DNA of 64,000 nucleotides. Source: an uncultured Actinomycetota bacterium. Its GTDB lineage: Bacteria > Actinomycetota > Acidimicrobiia > Acidimicrobiales > Bog-793. Positions within the stretch are counted from its first letter, which is position 1. The number at the start of each line of letters is the position of its first letter. The translations under genes and the position numbers were made by a program. The stretch is taken from positions 1,804,272 to 1,868,271 of the forward strand of contig CAVVDX010000001.1 of NCBI GenBank assembly GCA_963747085.1, in the 5' to 3' direction. This document shows positions 1 through 9,766 of the stretch, piece after piece. Below the pieces are notes generated by a model. It had not been told where the DNA came from, did not search any database, and worked only from the letters and a program-made list of their open reading frames with translations.

Positions 1-688
1 AGCGGCTGCCCGTACTGCACAGGCAAGGCGGTTGCCGCAGGCATGAACGACCTGGTCACGACGCATTCCGAGCTGGCAGCGCAGTGGCATCCGAGCCGGA
101 ATCGTGACCTCACCTCTCGACAGGTCAGCGCCGGCAGTCATCGTCACGCGTGGTGGCATTCCGAGTTGCGGCTTTGACTGGTGCGCGAAGGTCGTCGACA
201 GGACGGTCGATGCAACGGGATGTCCGCACTGCGCCGGTAAGCAGCCGCTTCGAGGCGTAGACGACCTCGCCACCACGCACTCCTGCCTGGCGAAGGAATG
301 GCTTAGGGAGCGCAATGAGCCTCTCTCGCCGCGCCAGGTCGCCGCTGAGAGCCACCTCCAGGTGTGGTGGCGGTGCCGAAGGTGTCGCCACGAATGGCGT
401 GCCGCGGTTCGTGACCGGGCTCGGCGTGGTACCGGATGCCCGGCGTGCGCCGGGCTCGTGCCGTCACCCGGTAGGTCCTTCGGCCATCTCGGGATCGTCA
501 AGGTCGGCGAATGGTCGAGCCGCAATGAGCTATCGCCGCAGAACTACACGCCGCGCTCGAGCCGACTCGTCTGGCGGCGCTGTAACTCGTGTGGCGTCGA
601 GTGGCAGCAGGAGGTCAGGTCGTGGGCCGACGGATACGGGCACCGCTGCGCCCGCATCCCGGTACCCAAGGTCGCAGGGAGGCGATGA
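1..688 (+). pseudogene. Zinc-ribbon repeat protein (tandem GCPxC...W...WxC..CxxxW units; DUF4379-like by recall), 5'-truncated by the window edge, with a frame break near 165-180
   Basis: Frame 1 from nt 1 reads SGCPYCTGK..DLVTTHSELAAQWHPSRN..HAWWH, then stops. ORF 104-688 in the next frame continues CGFDW..GCPHCAGK..LAKEWLRERN..VWWRCRRCRHEW..GCPACAG..VWRRCNSCGVEW. The same unit therefore repeats at least three times across a frame switch. Confidence 0.55.
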
Positions 689-965
689 CCCCCCGAGAGT
701 CGCCACCGTCCAGCTGAGCAGGTTCATGGCGTCCGCCCGAACGACAGGGAGCGTCTCGGATCGAGAGCGCGTTCGAAGCGCTCGTGAGGACGCAATGGCG
801 CTGCTTAGCGAGCTGATCGAGCTGCGGCCTCGGGCACGCACCGAACTGGAACGCTCGCGGAAGCACTGGTCGGCGCGAGGCCGTCGCCAGCTACCACGGC
901 AGCGGGGCGCCGTTCCACGAAAATACGGCAGATCCTGGACGAATTTGTCGGAATAGGGAATGATT

Positions 966-1902
966 TCACCGCTGGTGATTTCGTAGCTTGGATCCGCACC
1001 AGTCCAGTAGGAGCCGGCTCCGCCCCCCGGCGCCAGCTGCTGTGCCATCGCCGTTGTTACTCGCAGCTCCCCCGCCGCCGCCGAAGTAGCCACCACCACC
1101 ACCGCCGCCACCCGCACCGGACACACTCCCACCTGCACCACCATCGTGACCAGAACCATCTGCTCCGGACGCGGCTTGCGCGGTGGGGAGAGGTGGTGGA
1201 TTGTTGGGCCGGTTGTAGGTGTCGCCGCCAAGACCAGGACCGGAGGGGCCACCCACCGTCCCACCGTTGGACAGTGGGATCAGTCCGAAGGTGCCGCCTC
1301 CGTCAGAGGTAACGACGGCTCCCGTGGCGACAGCCTCTGCGCTTCCGCCGCCTCCGACGTAGCCGTTACCGCCTCCGAGGCCGCCCCCTCCGGGCGCGAC
1401 GGCGAGTGGGTTCCCGCCCGCCGTCAAAATCGCGGTGCCACCACCACCACCACCACCACCGTTAGGCGTTCCCGCTCCTCCGTTGCCGTATCCCAAGCCC
1501 CCGGCTCCACCAGCTGTCCCATCTTCGCCATCGGCGCCTACAACGACAGTGAGCGTGCCCGATACAAGGGCCGTAATCTCTCCGGATAACCATCCTGGCT
1601 GACCATATCCTGGCACCTCACCCGATTCATATGGCCCTCCCGACGCACCGCCGCCTTGACCGCCAGCAATGAGAAAAAAGTAGGCCGTGCCGGCTGTCAC
1701 CGGGAATTGATAGACGCCAGGGGTGCTCTCCGTCCACGTCATTGGACCAGCCGCGGCCGATGTTGCCGCGGCTTGGCACACAAAGCTCTCCGCGACCGGC
1801 ACCACCCAGAACCGAACCGCCAATGACTGCACTCGCCTTGATCAGCTTGCGTCGAGTCAACCCGCGCTCTGCTGCATGGTCCCCACGCGACTCGACGGAC
1901 AT
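966..1902 (-). pseudogene. Tat-signal glycine-rich secreted protein, frame-interrupted
   Basis: ATG at 1902 is preceded by GAGGAAAGG. The N-terminus MSVESRGDHAAERGLTRRKLIKASAVIGG carries a T-R-R-K-L-I-K twin-arginine motif. After a frame switch near ~1800 it joins ORF 966-1832 (GGQGGG..GGAGGLGYGNGGAGTPNGGGGGGGG..GGGGGGGGYFGGGGG). A further switch near ~1030 is possible, so the 3' end is uncertain. Confidence 0.5.
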
Positions 1903-2244
1903 TCGGGCCACCTTTCCTCGGACCGCCACGCTGAGGCGCCGGTTGCCATCCGAGTGAGGGAACTGTCCCCCCATCACTGCCGACCGATCGAGGAGCGCAG
2001 CGTCGTACCGCTCCGAAGAGGCTACTCGCCGAGCCGACGTCACAGTCAACCGACCCACAGACGGTTCCTCGAGCTGATCGACGGCGGAGCCGAATCCCGT
2101 GAACGAGCTGCACGCGGTGCGCTATCGACCTGGATGGCCCGGCCTGTTCGCCGGGGAGAACCAAACCAAGGCGCTGAGCAGAGTTATCGCGGACCTGAAC
2201 GCTTCGAGATCCCACCCACATCGCTCAGGATACGCCTCGGTCAC

Positions 2245-2415
2245 TCACGGCGGCGGTCCGTCGCCACGCAGCTCGGCGTGCAGCTCGCATGGCTGGGGGT
2301 CGTTCAACACCGTCCCGCTGCCGTCTGGGGCGACGTAGCTGAGCCTGAGCGAGCCGTCGTCAAGGTCGTAGGCGTCGTCGAGCAAGTAGCAGACGTTGAA
2401 CAGGACCTGGAACAT
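2245..2415 (-). CDS. Small hypothetical protein (56 aa)
   Basis: An internal ATG of ORF 2245-2505 gives MFQVLFNVCYLLDDAYDLDDGSLRLSYVAPDGSGTVLNDPQPCELHAELRG. The composition looks protein-like, unlike the Arg/Pro-rich upstream part of the ORF. No family recognised. Confidence 0.25.
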   Translation of the reverse strand: MFQVLFNVCYLLDDAYDLDDGSLRLSYVAPDGSGTVLNDPQPCELHAELRGDGPPP

Positions 2416-2584
2416 TTCCGCCGCGGATGACGGACTCGACCATCGCCTGGTCCTCGGGGGCGAGGGCGTTGAACCGGCGGGCGCCGCTCGACGTCGATGG
2501 CCCATGGTCTTCGACCCGGCGGGTCACGCAACACAATGACCGTTCCCTCAGCGGTGCTCTCGATGGTGTCGCGCGAGGAACTGG

Positions 2585-3151
2585 ATGAACTCCTCGGGCG
2601 TCATCGGTGCATCATGCCCGGCGGCGCGACACTGGACCGTGCTCCTCCGGCGTGCCCAGGCATCTGACGCCCTGCAGGTCGCCGAGGTCCACGTCAGCGC
2701 TTGGCAAGCGGCGTACCACGGTCTCCTCCCCGAGGACTACCTCGACGCCTTGCAACCCGAGGACCACGCTCGCACCTACCGGTTCGACCAGGACGACGCC
2801 GAGTCGCCCATCACGGTGGTTGCGGTCGACGGCGGGGTGGTTCGTGGGTTCACCACGATCGGGCGGTCACTCGACGATGATCTTCCGAGCAACGGTCAGC
2901 TTTACGCCATCTACGTCGACCCCACCCGTTGGCGCTCGGGCATCGGTCGGCTGCTGATTATCGACGCTCGGGCTCGGCTTGCCGATCAGGGGTTCAGCTT
3001 CGCTCACCTGTGGTCGATGGTCGGCAACGACCGTGCCGAGCGGTTCTACCGGTCCGACGGCTGGGAGGCGGATGGAGCGCGGCGGCTGGAGAAGATTCAC
3101 GGCGTGATGGTCGATGCGGTTCGGTTCGTCCGCGTCTTGGAAGGTGACTGA
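2585..3151 (+). CDS. GNAT family N-acetyltransferase
   Basis: ORF 2585-3151 has the acetyl-CoA motif LYAIYVDPTRWRSGIGRLLI followed by ..NDRAERFYRSDGW. The start may instead be GTG ~2639 (VLLRRAQASD..). Confidence 0.7.
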   Translation: MNSSGVIGASCPAARHWTVLLRRAQASDALQVAEVHVSAWQAAYHGLLPEDYLDALQPEDHARTYRFDQDDAESPITVVAVDGGVVRGFTTIGRSLDDDLPSNGQLYAIYVDPTRWRSGIGRLLIIDARARLADQGFSFAHLWSMVGNDRAERFYRSDGWEADGARRLEKIHGVMVDAVRFVRVLEGD

Positions 3152-3264
3152 AGCTGGCTGACCCGGACGAGCGAGACGGTCGCCCTGCCCGTGCAGGGCG
3201 ACATGGCGACGAGGACAACTCGATGATGCTGGTGCGTTGTGCGACTGCCGCCGACACGCCGCGT

Positions 3265-3881
3265 TCAGCCGACTGGGGCAAAGGACTCGACGAACTCAGT
3301 CACGGCGCTCGACGTTCCTTCCGCGAACACACTCCACATCGCGTGAGCAGCGAAGGTCAGGATGTTGCCAAAGCACGATAGGACGGTCGCCGTGCCGAAC
3401 TTGCCGTAGCCGAAGACTTCCATGGCGTCGCTGTCGTCGACTCGGACGTCCTCCATCGATGACCGGCAGCCCTCCTTGCTCTCGAAGAACTCGCCCCCGT
3501 TGCAGACGGACAAGCCAAGCTCGCAGAGGCTCGGTGTCGAGACGGCATGCAAGGGGGCGAGCCGGTCCAGCCGCAGAAGAACGGGTCCGCCCGACGCATG
3601 GTCTCTCTTGCAGGCACTGCGCCGGGGTTGCGACTGGCGCTCGGGCTACCGCCGAGGTCAGCAACCTCGACGATGAACGTGCCCGAAGCCGTGGTGACGC
3701 TGTAGACCGCCAGCACCTGCGAGCCTGACCGCAGCACCTTGGCGTGAGGAGCAGCTGGGAACGCGGCGCGGGAACTAGGTGCCGACGGACCATAGACACC
3801 GGGGCCATTGGCAGCTTCGACCCCGACCCCGATGCCGACTGTCGCCGGCACCACGGCAAGGAGCAGCCAGAACGCCCGCAC
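3265..3881 (-). pseudogene. Secreted hypothetical protein with a Cys-containing C-terminal domain; one frame break near ~3555
   Basis: GTG at 3881 gives a signal-peptide-like VRAFWLLLAVVPATVGIGVGVEAANG.. (frame of ORF 3357-4181). This reads to ..DPFFCGWTGSPPC and then continues in ORF 3265-3552 (..STPSLCELGLSVCNGGEFFESKEGC..AMEVFGYGKFGTATVLSCFGN..). Confidence 0.4.
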
Positions 3882-4177
3882 GAGGACCGAGCATATTCCC
3901 CGAGCTTCAGAATCAGCAGCTCGCCGTCCGCTGCCGGGCACCGGGGCGACAGCCGCCGATGCAGCATCCCCAACGCCCGCCGACGAGCCCGTCGCGCCAG
4001 AACCTGCTGACGTATGCGGTCGCCCAGACATGGCAGCGTGGGCACGCCCAGTCGACGACAGCGTGACGCAGCCGTCCGGGGCGCTCGGGCGTGAACACGA
4101 ACCAGCCCGAGAGGAACAGGAAGCTCGGCACGAAGAGCAGCACGCCCGCAGTGGCGAGGAGCGGATAGCGAAGGCGA

Positions 4178-4774
4178 TCAAGGAGAGGCCGAGCCAACTG
4201 CAACTGGCCGTCCGAGGTGCCGGTACAGCGTCCTCCGGCTCACCCCGAGCGTCTTGGCGATGCTCTCGACCGACTGCTCCCTAGCGTCGTAGAGCTGCCG
4301 GGCCAGCTTGACCCGCTCGGGGGTCATCACCGCCGGGCGACCACCCTTACGACCGCACGCGCACGTGCCGCCGCCAACCCCGCCATGGTCCGCTCCCGTA
4401 TGAGCTGGCGCTCGAACTCCGCCAGGCTCACGAAGATGTGGAAGACGAGCTTTCCCGCTGGGGTGGTGGTGTCGATGGACTCGGTGAGGCTGCGGAACCC
4501 GACCCCACGAGCCTCCAAGTCGCCGACCAGCTCGATGAGGTTGCGTAGGGACCGTCCCAGCCCGGTCGAGCCGCCAGACAACCACCACGTCTCCCTCGCG
4601 GAGGTGGTCGAGCAACCTGTCGAGCTGAGGCCGACGGTCGAGGGCGCCACTGGCCTTGTCGGTGAAGATGCGGGTGCAGCCGGCAGCCTTGAGGGCGTCG
4701 AGCTGGAGCGCGGGGTCCCGGTAGAGGGTGCTCACTCGGGCGTACCCGATGAGGTCTCCGTTGGGCTTGGTCAT
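4178..4774 (-). pseudogene. Serine recombinase (resolvase/invertase family), two frame breaks
   Basis: The N-terminus [68 protein letters not shown] is in the frame of ORF 4178-4795. The middle, [67 protein letters not shown], is in ORF 4327-4650. The C-terminal HTH, ..[35 protein letters not shown], returns to the first frame. Confidence 0.85.
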
Positions 4775-4977
4775 GTTAAACTCAGTGTAGCACAAACGGT
4801 GAGGCAGCTCGTTATGGCACGGAGATAGCGCTCACGACTGCGGCGCAGCGAAACGGACCCTGTAGCCGCTCCCAGGCGGCATGAAGCAACCGTTCGTTGA
4901 TGACACTCCCTCCTGCGCAGCGTCGACACCGTCCTCGTCCACCCGGACGGACACCACTACTCCGACGATGGTGACTT

Positions 4978-7053
4978 CTACTGCGCAGACTGCTGGGAAG
5001 CTGGACCCTTACTGTCTCCCGAGTCCAAGGCTCCGGCCGGCGCAGCAGCCGCCGGTCGGTCACTGGCCGATGCCTCGAGGCGGTCGATGAGGTCAGCCAG
5101 GCGTGATACCTCCTTGTGCTTCTCGAGGTAGTCCCTGGTAACTGCGCTTTGCGTTGGCGATCAGCGTGTCGTAGGTGACAACGCGAGTGTTGATCCCGGC
5201 GAGCGTCGCAGTCACCTCCTCCGGCTTCAGGTCACTCGGGGGCTTCCCGAGTACGGCGATGCACTCGATCTCGTGTGGTTCGTCTGGGAAACTCTCCGCG
5301 AGACACTTTTGGAGTACCACACGGTACTTCCCGATCTGTCCGCGACCAAATCGGCCGTCGTGACGATAACGCTGTAGCGCTTCAGCTCGATGATGATGTT
5401 CTTGCCCGCAGCGGTCCGGTAGCGAATATCGAGCGCGGCCGGCCTTCTCCTCCGGGCTGAGCCCGGCGTCGATCTCGTCGAACTCCTTGCGCACGGACTC
5501 CTCTATGCGCTCGTTGGTGGAAGCCCGCTCCCACGAAGTGTCAAGTAGCCAGAGGTGGTCGAAGAGGTGCGTCTGGATCACCTTCTCCTTGGCGTCGGCA
5601 TCGACCAGGTCGGCGAAGGAGCTGATGACGCTGACCCGACCTTTGGCGATCTGTCCGTACTCGGCGGCTTCGATGTCGTCGATGGTCGCGAATGCCTTGC
5701 CGATCACGTCGAACTGGAGGGCCGTCTCGTCGAGCTTGTCGACCTCGCTGAGCAGGTCCCGTAACCGAAGCCGCTCGAAGGCGAGGATGCCGTGCTTGTA
5801 CAGCTCGAGCCGATCCGCCTCTCGTTCGAGGGCGATGCTTCCCAGTGTTCCCGAAGAGGCGTTTGGCGTAGGTCTTCTGGTCCGCCCCGAGTGAGGAGTA
5901 CCACTCCTCGACCACGGCATTCTTGCGGGCCTTGTCGAGGGAGTGGTTGCGCGACGCCAGTCCCGCCACTTGTTGCCCACCTCGAGGAGCACGGTCTTGG
6001 CGAGGTACTGGGTCAGTGCCTCGAAGCGAGGATCGTCCTCCTTGAGGCTCTGGCGATCGCTCGTCGCGATGTCCGGATCGTCGTCGGAGTCCACGAAGTC
6101 GGCGTGGATCTCACCCATGAGGTACTTGGCGAACACTCCCGCCTGCTTCACCAGTGCGAGCAGGTCCTCGTGGATGAGCTTTCCCGCGTGCCAGGATGGG
6201 GCACGACGTTCGTCTCGTCGTCGATGTTCCGCTGCTCGTCGACGGTGCCGACCCATCCTGTCACGGCCCATCCTAGTCGCCGAGACCGAGCCGGTGATCG
6301 TCTCCTTCTTCTTGGCATTGACACAACGACCGGCGTAGATGTCTCCGACGTCACCGAGGGACCAGAGGTACTCGATGTTGGAGAAGTAGTCTCGATCGCT
6401 GACGCTGATCTCGGACCCGTCGATTGACACGACGAAGCCGTGTTCGGGACCGATCACGCTGAACCGGCGAGCGAGCCGACGGCGGAGCGCGGACCGCGTT
6501 CCTTCCGTGGGACGCAGCCGGAGGTCGGTGAGAGTGATCCTCGTGCCCCGCTCCAGGTTAACGTATGAAGCATCCATCGGTGTCGGGTGGTAACTCCCCT
6601 CGCCTTCGCCCATCTGAGCGCGGATGTCCGACGTCCGGAGGATCGGAATTCGGCCCGCTGACCCCCCTTGACGCTCTCCACCTGCACCGTGTCAGCGATA
6701 GCGAACAGGGACAGCTTGCCGATCCGCTTTCGACCCATGACGGCCCGGCGCCGTGCGGTGACAGAGGCCCCTGCTTTGCGCCGCTCGAACCCAACGTAGA
6801 GGAAGCGATCGTTGAGATCCTTCGGCGTCATTCCGATGCCGTCGTCGGCCACCGAGATCGTCCTGGAGTCCACGTCGATCACGATCTCGACCTCCTCGGC
6901 GTCGGCATCCCACGCATTGGCGACTACCTCGGACAGGACAGCCGGGATGTTGCTGTAGAGGTTGAGCCCGAGATGGTCGACACGCTTAGGCTGAGCCTCA
7001 TCGTGTACGGGTGCGAGTCCTCGGCGGTCGGCACGTCGTCTGGCATCAGCCAA
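4978..7053 (-). pseudogene. GHKL/MORC-like ATPase (HATPase_c_3-type) with a C-terminal ExK (PD-(D/E)xK-like) motif; about 8 frame breaks
   Basis: The Bergerat-fold N-terminus reads LGLNLYSNIPAVLSEVVANAWDADAEEVEIVIDVDSRTISVADDGIGMTPKDL..GRKRIGKLSLFAIADTVQVES. Later segments recovered from alternate frames are GWAVTGWVGTVDEQRNIDDETNVV, NHSLDKARKNAVVEEWYSSLGADQKTYAKRLFG, HLFDHLWLLDTSWER and LDIRYRTAAGKNIIIELKRYSVIVTTADLVAQIGKYR. The tail ..RSYQDYLEKHKEVSRLADLIDRLEASA.. ends at TAG 4978-4980. The TTG 7053 start is tentative. Confidence 0.7.
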
Positions 7054-7127
7054 GGATGCCTCATCCCCGGTGACCCCGACGCCTCGGATGGGGTCAGGCA
7101 GCCGATTCGTCCGGCGATCCCGAGCGG

Positions 7128-8086
7128 CTATCCTGCTCGGCGGAACTCCTCGTAGCGCTCCTCGAACCGCTCCGGGTCCGGTCGGGCCGTGCGAGGCTCG
7201 GGGCCGGATCAGCTGGACCCCGGCCATCTCCTGCAGTCCGTGGAGCGGCATCGGTCCGTCGATCTGGGCGTGGACGTCGGAGCGCACCTCCACCACCAGG
7301 TCGGCCGCACGCCAAGTGGATTCTCGTCGTAAGCAGCGTGGTGCATCTTGCACAGCGACAGCCCGTTGGGAACGATCGGTGCGCCCCTCGGGTGCCCGTC
7401 GGGGAGGATGTGGGCGGCGTCGAGCAGCGACGAGTACCGCAGTCGGCACATGGCGCACTGGTTCGCGTAGGCGGTCAACACTCCGATACGGAAGACCGGC
7501 TGGTGCAGCCGCTGGCGGGTCAGCCGTTCGATGTAAGGCGCTGCGTCTCGTCACCGACATCGCCGACGGACACCAGGCGCTGCGCCACGTCGAAGGCGAC
7601 CACGAACTGGAGCTGAGCGGGCTCGTCGCCCACGATCCAGATCGGGTAGACGGGCACGTACGGCCCGCCGCGGCGGCCACGAACCACACCAGCGGCAGAC
7701 CGTGGTCGAACGCCTGCCGAGCGACGTTCTCGGGGTGGGAACGATCGATGCCTCGGTACTTGTAGCGGAGCAGCCCGTCCGGTCCCTCGGCATCCTCGTA
7801 GGGTGGGGCCTGGCCCGGGGGGGAAGCGGGTCCGGATGGACAGAGCCACCGTCATGTGGGCCGGCTTGCGGATGCCGCGCTGCGGGTCCATTAGTGGCAT
7901 CCGCCGGCCCTCGAAGCTGAACTCGGCCAGCTCGTCGAAGGATAGGACCTCGCGGCCGGTGGCGACCCGCTCGTCGAGCCATGCCATGGCGGCCACCCGC
8001 AGGCGATCCTCGTAGTCCCTGTCGATGACGGAATCGTACGACGCAGTGGGGCTCCAACCCCGGGAGCTTGGACCCACCAAGGCCAA
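7128..8086 (-). pseudogene. HNH endonuclease (HNH_2-type) with an N-terminal domain of unknown function; about 5 frame breaks
   Basis: HNH core: LTAYANQCAMCRLRYSSLLDAAHILPDGHPRGAPIVPNGLSLCKMHHAAYDEN (ORF 7209-7481). The N-terminal region, reassembled across frames, reads ..LSFDELAEFSFEGRRMPLMDPQRGIRKP..PPGQAPPYEDAEGPDGLLRYKYRGIDRSHPENVARQAFDHGLPLVWF..YVPVYPIWIVGDEPAQLQFVVA. The tail ..RPDLVVEVRSDVHAQIDGPM..LHGLQEMAGVQLIRPEPRTARPDPERFEERYEEFRRAG ends at TAG 7128-7130. The breaks coincide with G/C runs, for example G7 at 7817-7823. Confidence 0.7.
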
Positions 8087-8112
8087 ACTCGCGGAGATGG
8101 GTGCCGGGACAC

Positions 8113-9284
8113 ATGCCGTCCTCGTACGATCGGGTCGTGGAGGGATGCCCGGTCTGTGCTGCGGATGCCGATTTCATCAACATGGCGCGCCGGCCGGATT
8201 ATGAATCCCTCACCCCGAGGTTACGGGCGGCCGACCTCTTGCGGCGGGGGAGGCCTCAGTCTCGGCTTCGCCGAGGCCGCGAGGCGGATCGGTCGCGGGA
8301 TCAAGATCGCGGCCGCCGTGGACAGGTTCGACGCCGCCGACGCCGAACCTAACTTTCCCGGCGCCACGGTGACCCGTCAGGACGTCGCCGCTATCTTCGA
8401 TGGTGCGGCCGGCGGCCGTCCACCGTCAGCGAGACGGAACGGTCGGCCGAGATCGGTAAGGTCGATATCCTGCTCGCGGGTCCACCCTGTCAGGGCCATT
8501 CGGACCTCAACAACCACACCAGCAGAGACGACCACCGTAACGGGCTCTACGTGCGAGTTGCCCGGGCGGCCGAAATCCTCAGCCCTCTGGCTGCCGATCG
8601 AGAACGTCCCCGCTGTGCACCACGATATCGCGGGTCGGTGCCGGCCGCGAGCCCGGCCCTCGAAGGCCGGTTATCGCGTGGCGACGGCGGTCCTCGACCT
8701 CACCGAACTCGGCGTTCCGCAGCGCCGTCGCCGCCACCTGTTGCTCGCCCTCCGCGACCAGCGGATCGACCCGACGCCATACTCGGGACCACCATCGCCT
8801 GTTGCGACCACAAGTCCCGAGGCGTGGCATGGGCGATCCGCGACCTCCTGGGGGCGTTTCGCCGACCGGCCCGAACGCGCCGAGCACTGCAAACGCCGAG
8901 AACAGAAGCGGATGCACTGGCTGTCGCCAACGCAAGTATGACCTGCCGAACAAGCGACGACCGACTGTCCACCACGACGACCACAGCTACGCGTCAATGT
9001 ACGGCCGACTGGATTGGAGGCTTGCACAGACGATCACTACCGGCTACGGTTCCCCGGGCCAGGGCCGTTATGTCCATCCCGCAGAGGCCAGGACGATAAC
9101 TCCCCACGAGGCAGCCCGGCTCCAGACGCTGCCGGACTTCTTCGACCTCGGGCTAAGAAGACACGGGGCACCTGGGCTCACGTCATCGGCAACGCGGTGC
9201 CACCCCTGCTAGGGGTCCACGTCGGCATGCCACCGCCGTCCGCCCTCTTCCCGCCCAAAAAGGACCGCATCCCCCCCCCGATGA
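8113..9284 (+). pseudogene. dcm: DNA (cytosine-5) methyltransferase (candidate DISARM DrmMII equivalent); at least 6 frame breaks
   Basis: Motif I: ..AADL/CGGGGLSLGF. Motif IV: VDILLAGPPCQGHSDLNNH. ENV motif: PIENVPAV. Also GYRVATAVLDLTELGVPQRRRRHLLLA. C-terminal motifs: TITTGYGSPGQGRYVHP..RTITPHEAARLQTLPDFF and IGNAVPPLLG. These are spread over all three forward frames (ORFs 8068, 8156, 8551, 8802, 9014). The proposed stop TGA 9282-9284 follows a C9 run. Confidence 0.8.
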
Positions 9285-9724
9285 CGGACTCCTCCCCCGC
9301 ATTGCCGGGTCCCGCAGGGTCGAGCGAGGTGATTCTGCAACGGATGAGGACGACCAGGCGACGGGACACAAAACCCGAGTTGCTGCTGCGCTCGGAATTG
9401 GACCGCCGAGGCATGCGGTACGCGGTCGATCAGCCCGTGGATGGCACCCGGGGGCGAGCCCACATCGTCTTCAAAGGTGCCCGGGTCGCGGTCTATGTCG
9501 ACGGCTGTTATTGGCATGGCTGCCGTCCACGGCACGATGCCCAAGAGCAACGGCCAGTGGTGGAAGGAAAGCTCGACACCAACCGCTCACGGGACGCCGA
9601 CACCGATGCGAGGCTCACCGAGGCCGGTTGGACCGTGTTGCGGTTCTGGGAACACGATGATCCGGTCGAGTCGGCCGCCAAGGTGGTCGCCGTAGTCCGA
9701 GGGGAGATCGCCGGGCGTCGCTGA
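9281..9724 (+). pseudogene. vsr: Very-short-patch (T:G mismatch) repair endonuclease Vsr; two frame breaks
   Basis: MTDSS..RMRTTRRRDTKPELLLRSELDRRGMRYAVD..RAHIVFKGARVAVYVDGCYWHGC is followed in an alternate frame by ..HGTMPKSNGQWWKE. It then returns to KLDTNRSRDADTDARLTEAGWTVLRFWEH. ATG 9281 overlaps the proposed dcm stop (ATGA), like the dcm-vsr overlap in E. coli. Confidence 0.8.
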
Positions 9725-9766
9725 GGATCGGGGCGCTGTGGCGACCCCCCATTCCATACCGCGCCC

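Noticed and set aside
9014-9724. A single ORF reading from the methylase C-terminus straight into vsr (an apparent Dcm-Vsr fusion).
   Set aside because: The read-through depends on the length of a C9 tract. An ATGA stop/start overlap appears with a 1-nt change, matching the known overlapping dcm-vsr arrangement. A true fusion cannot be claimed from this sequence.
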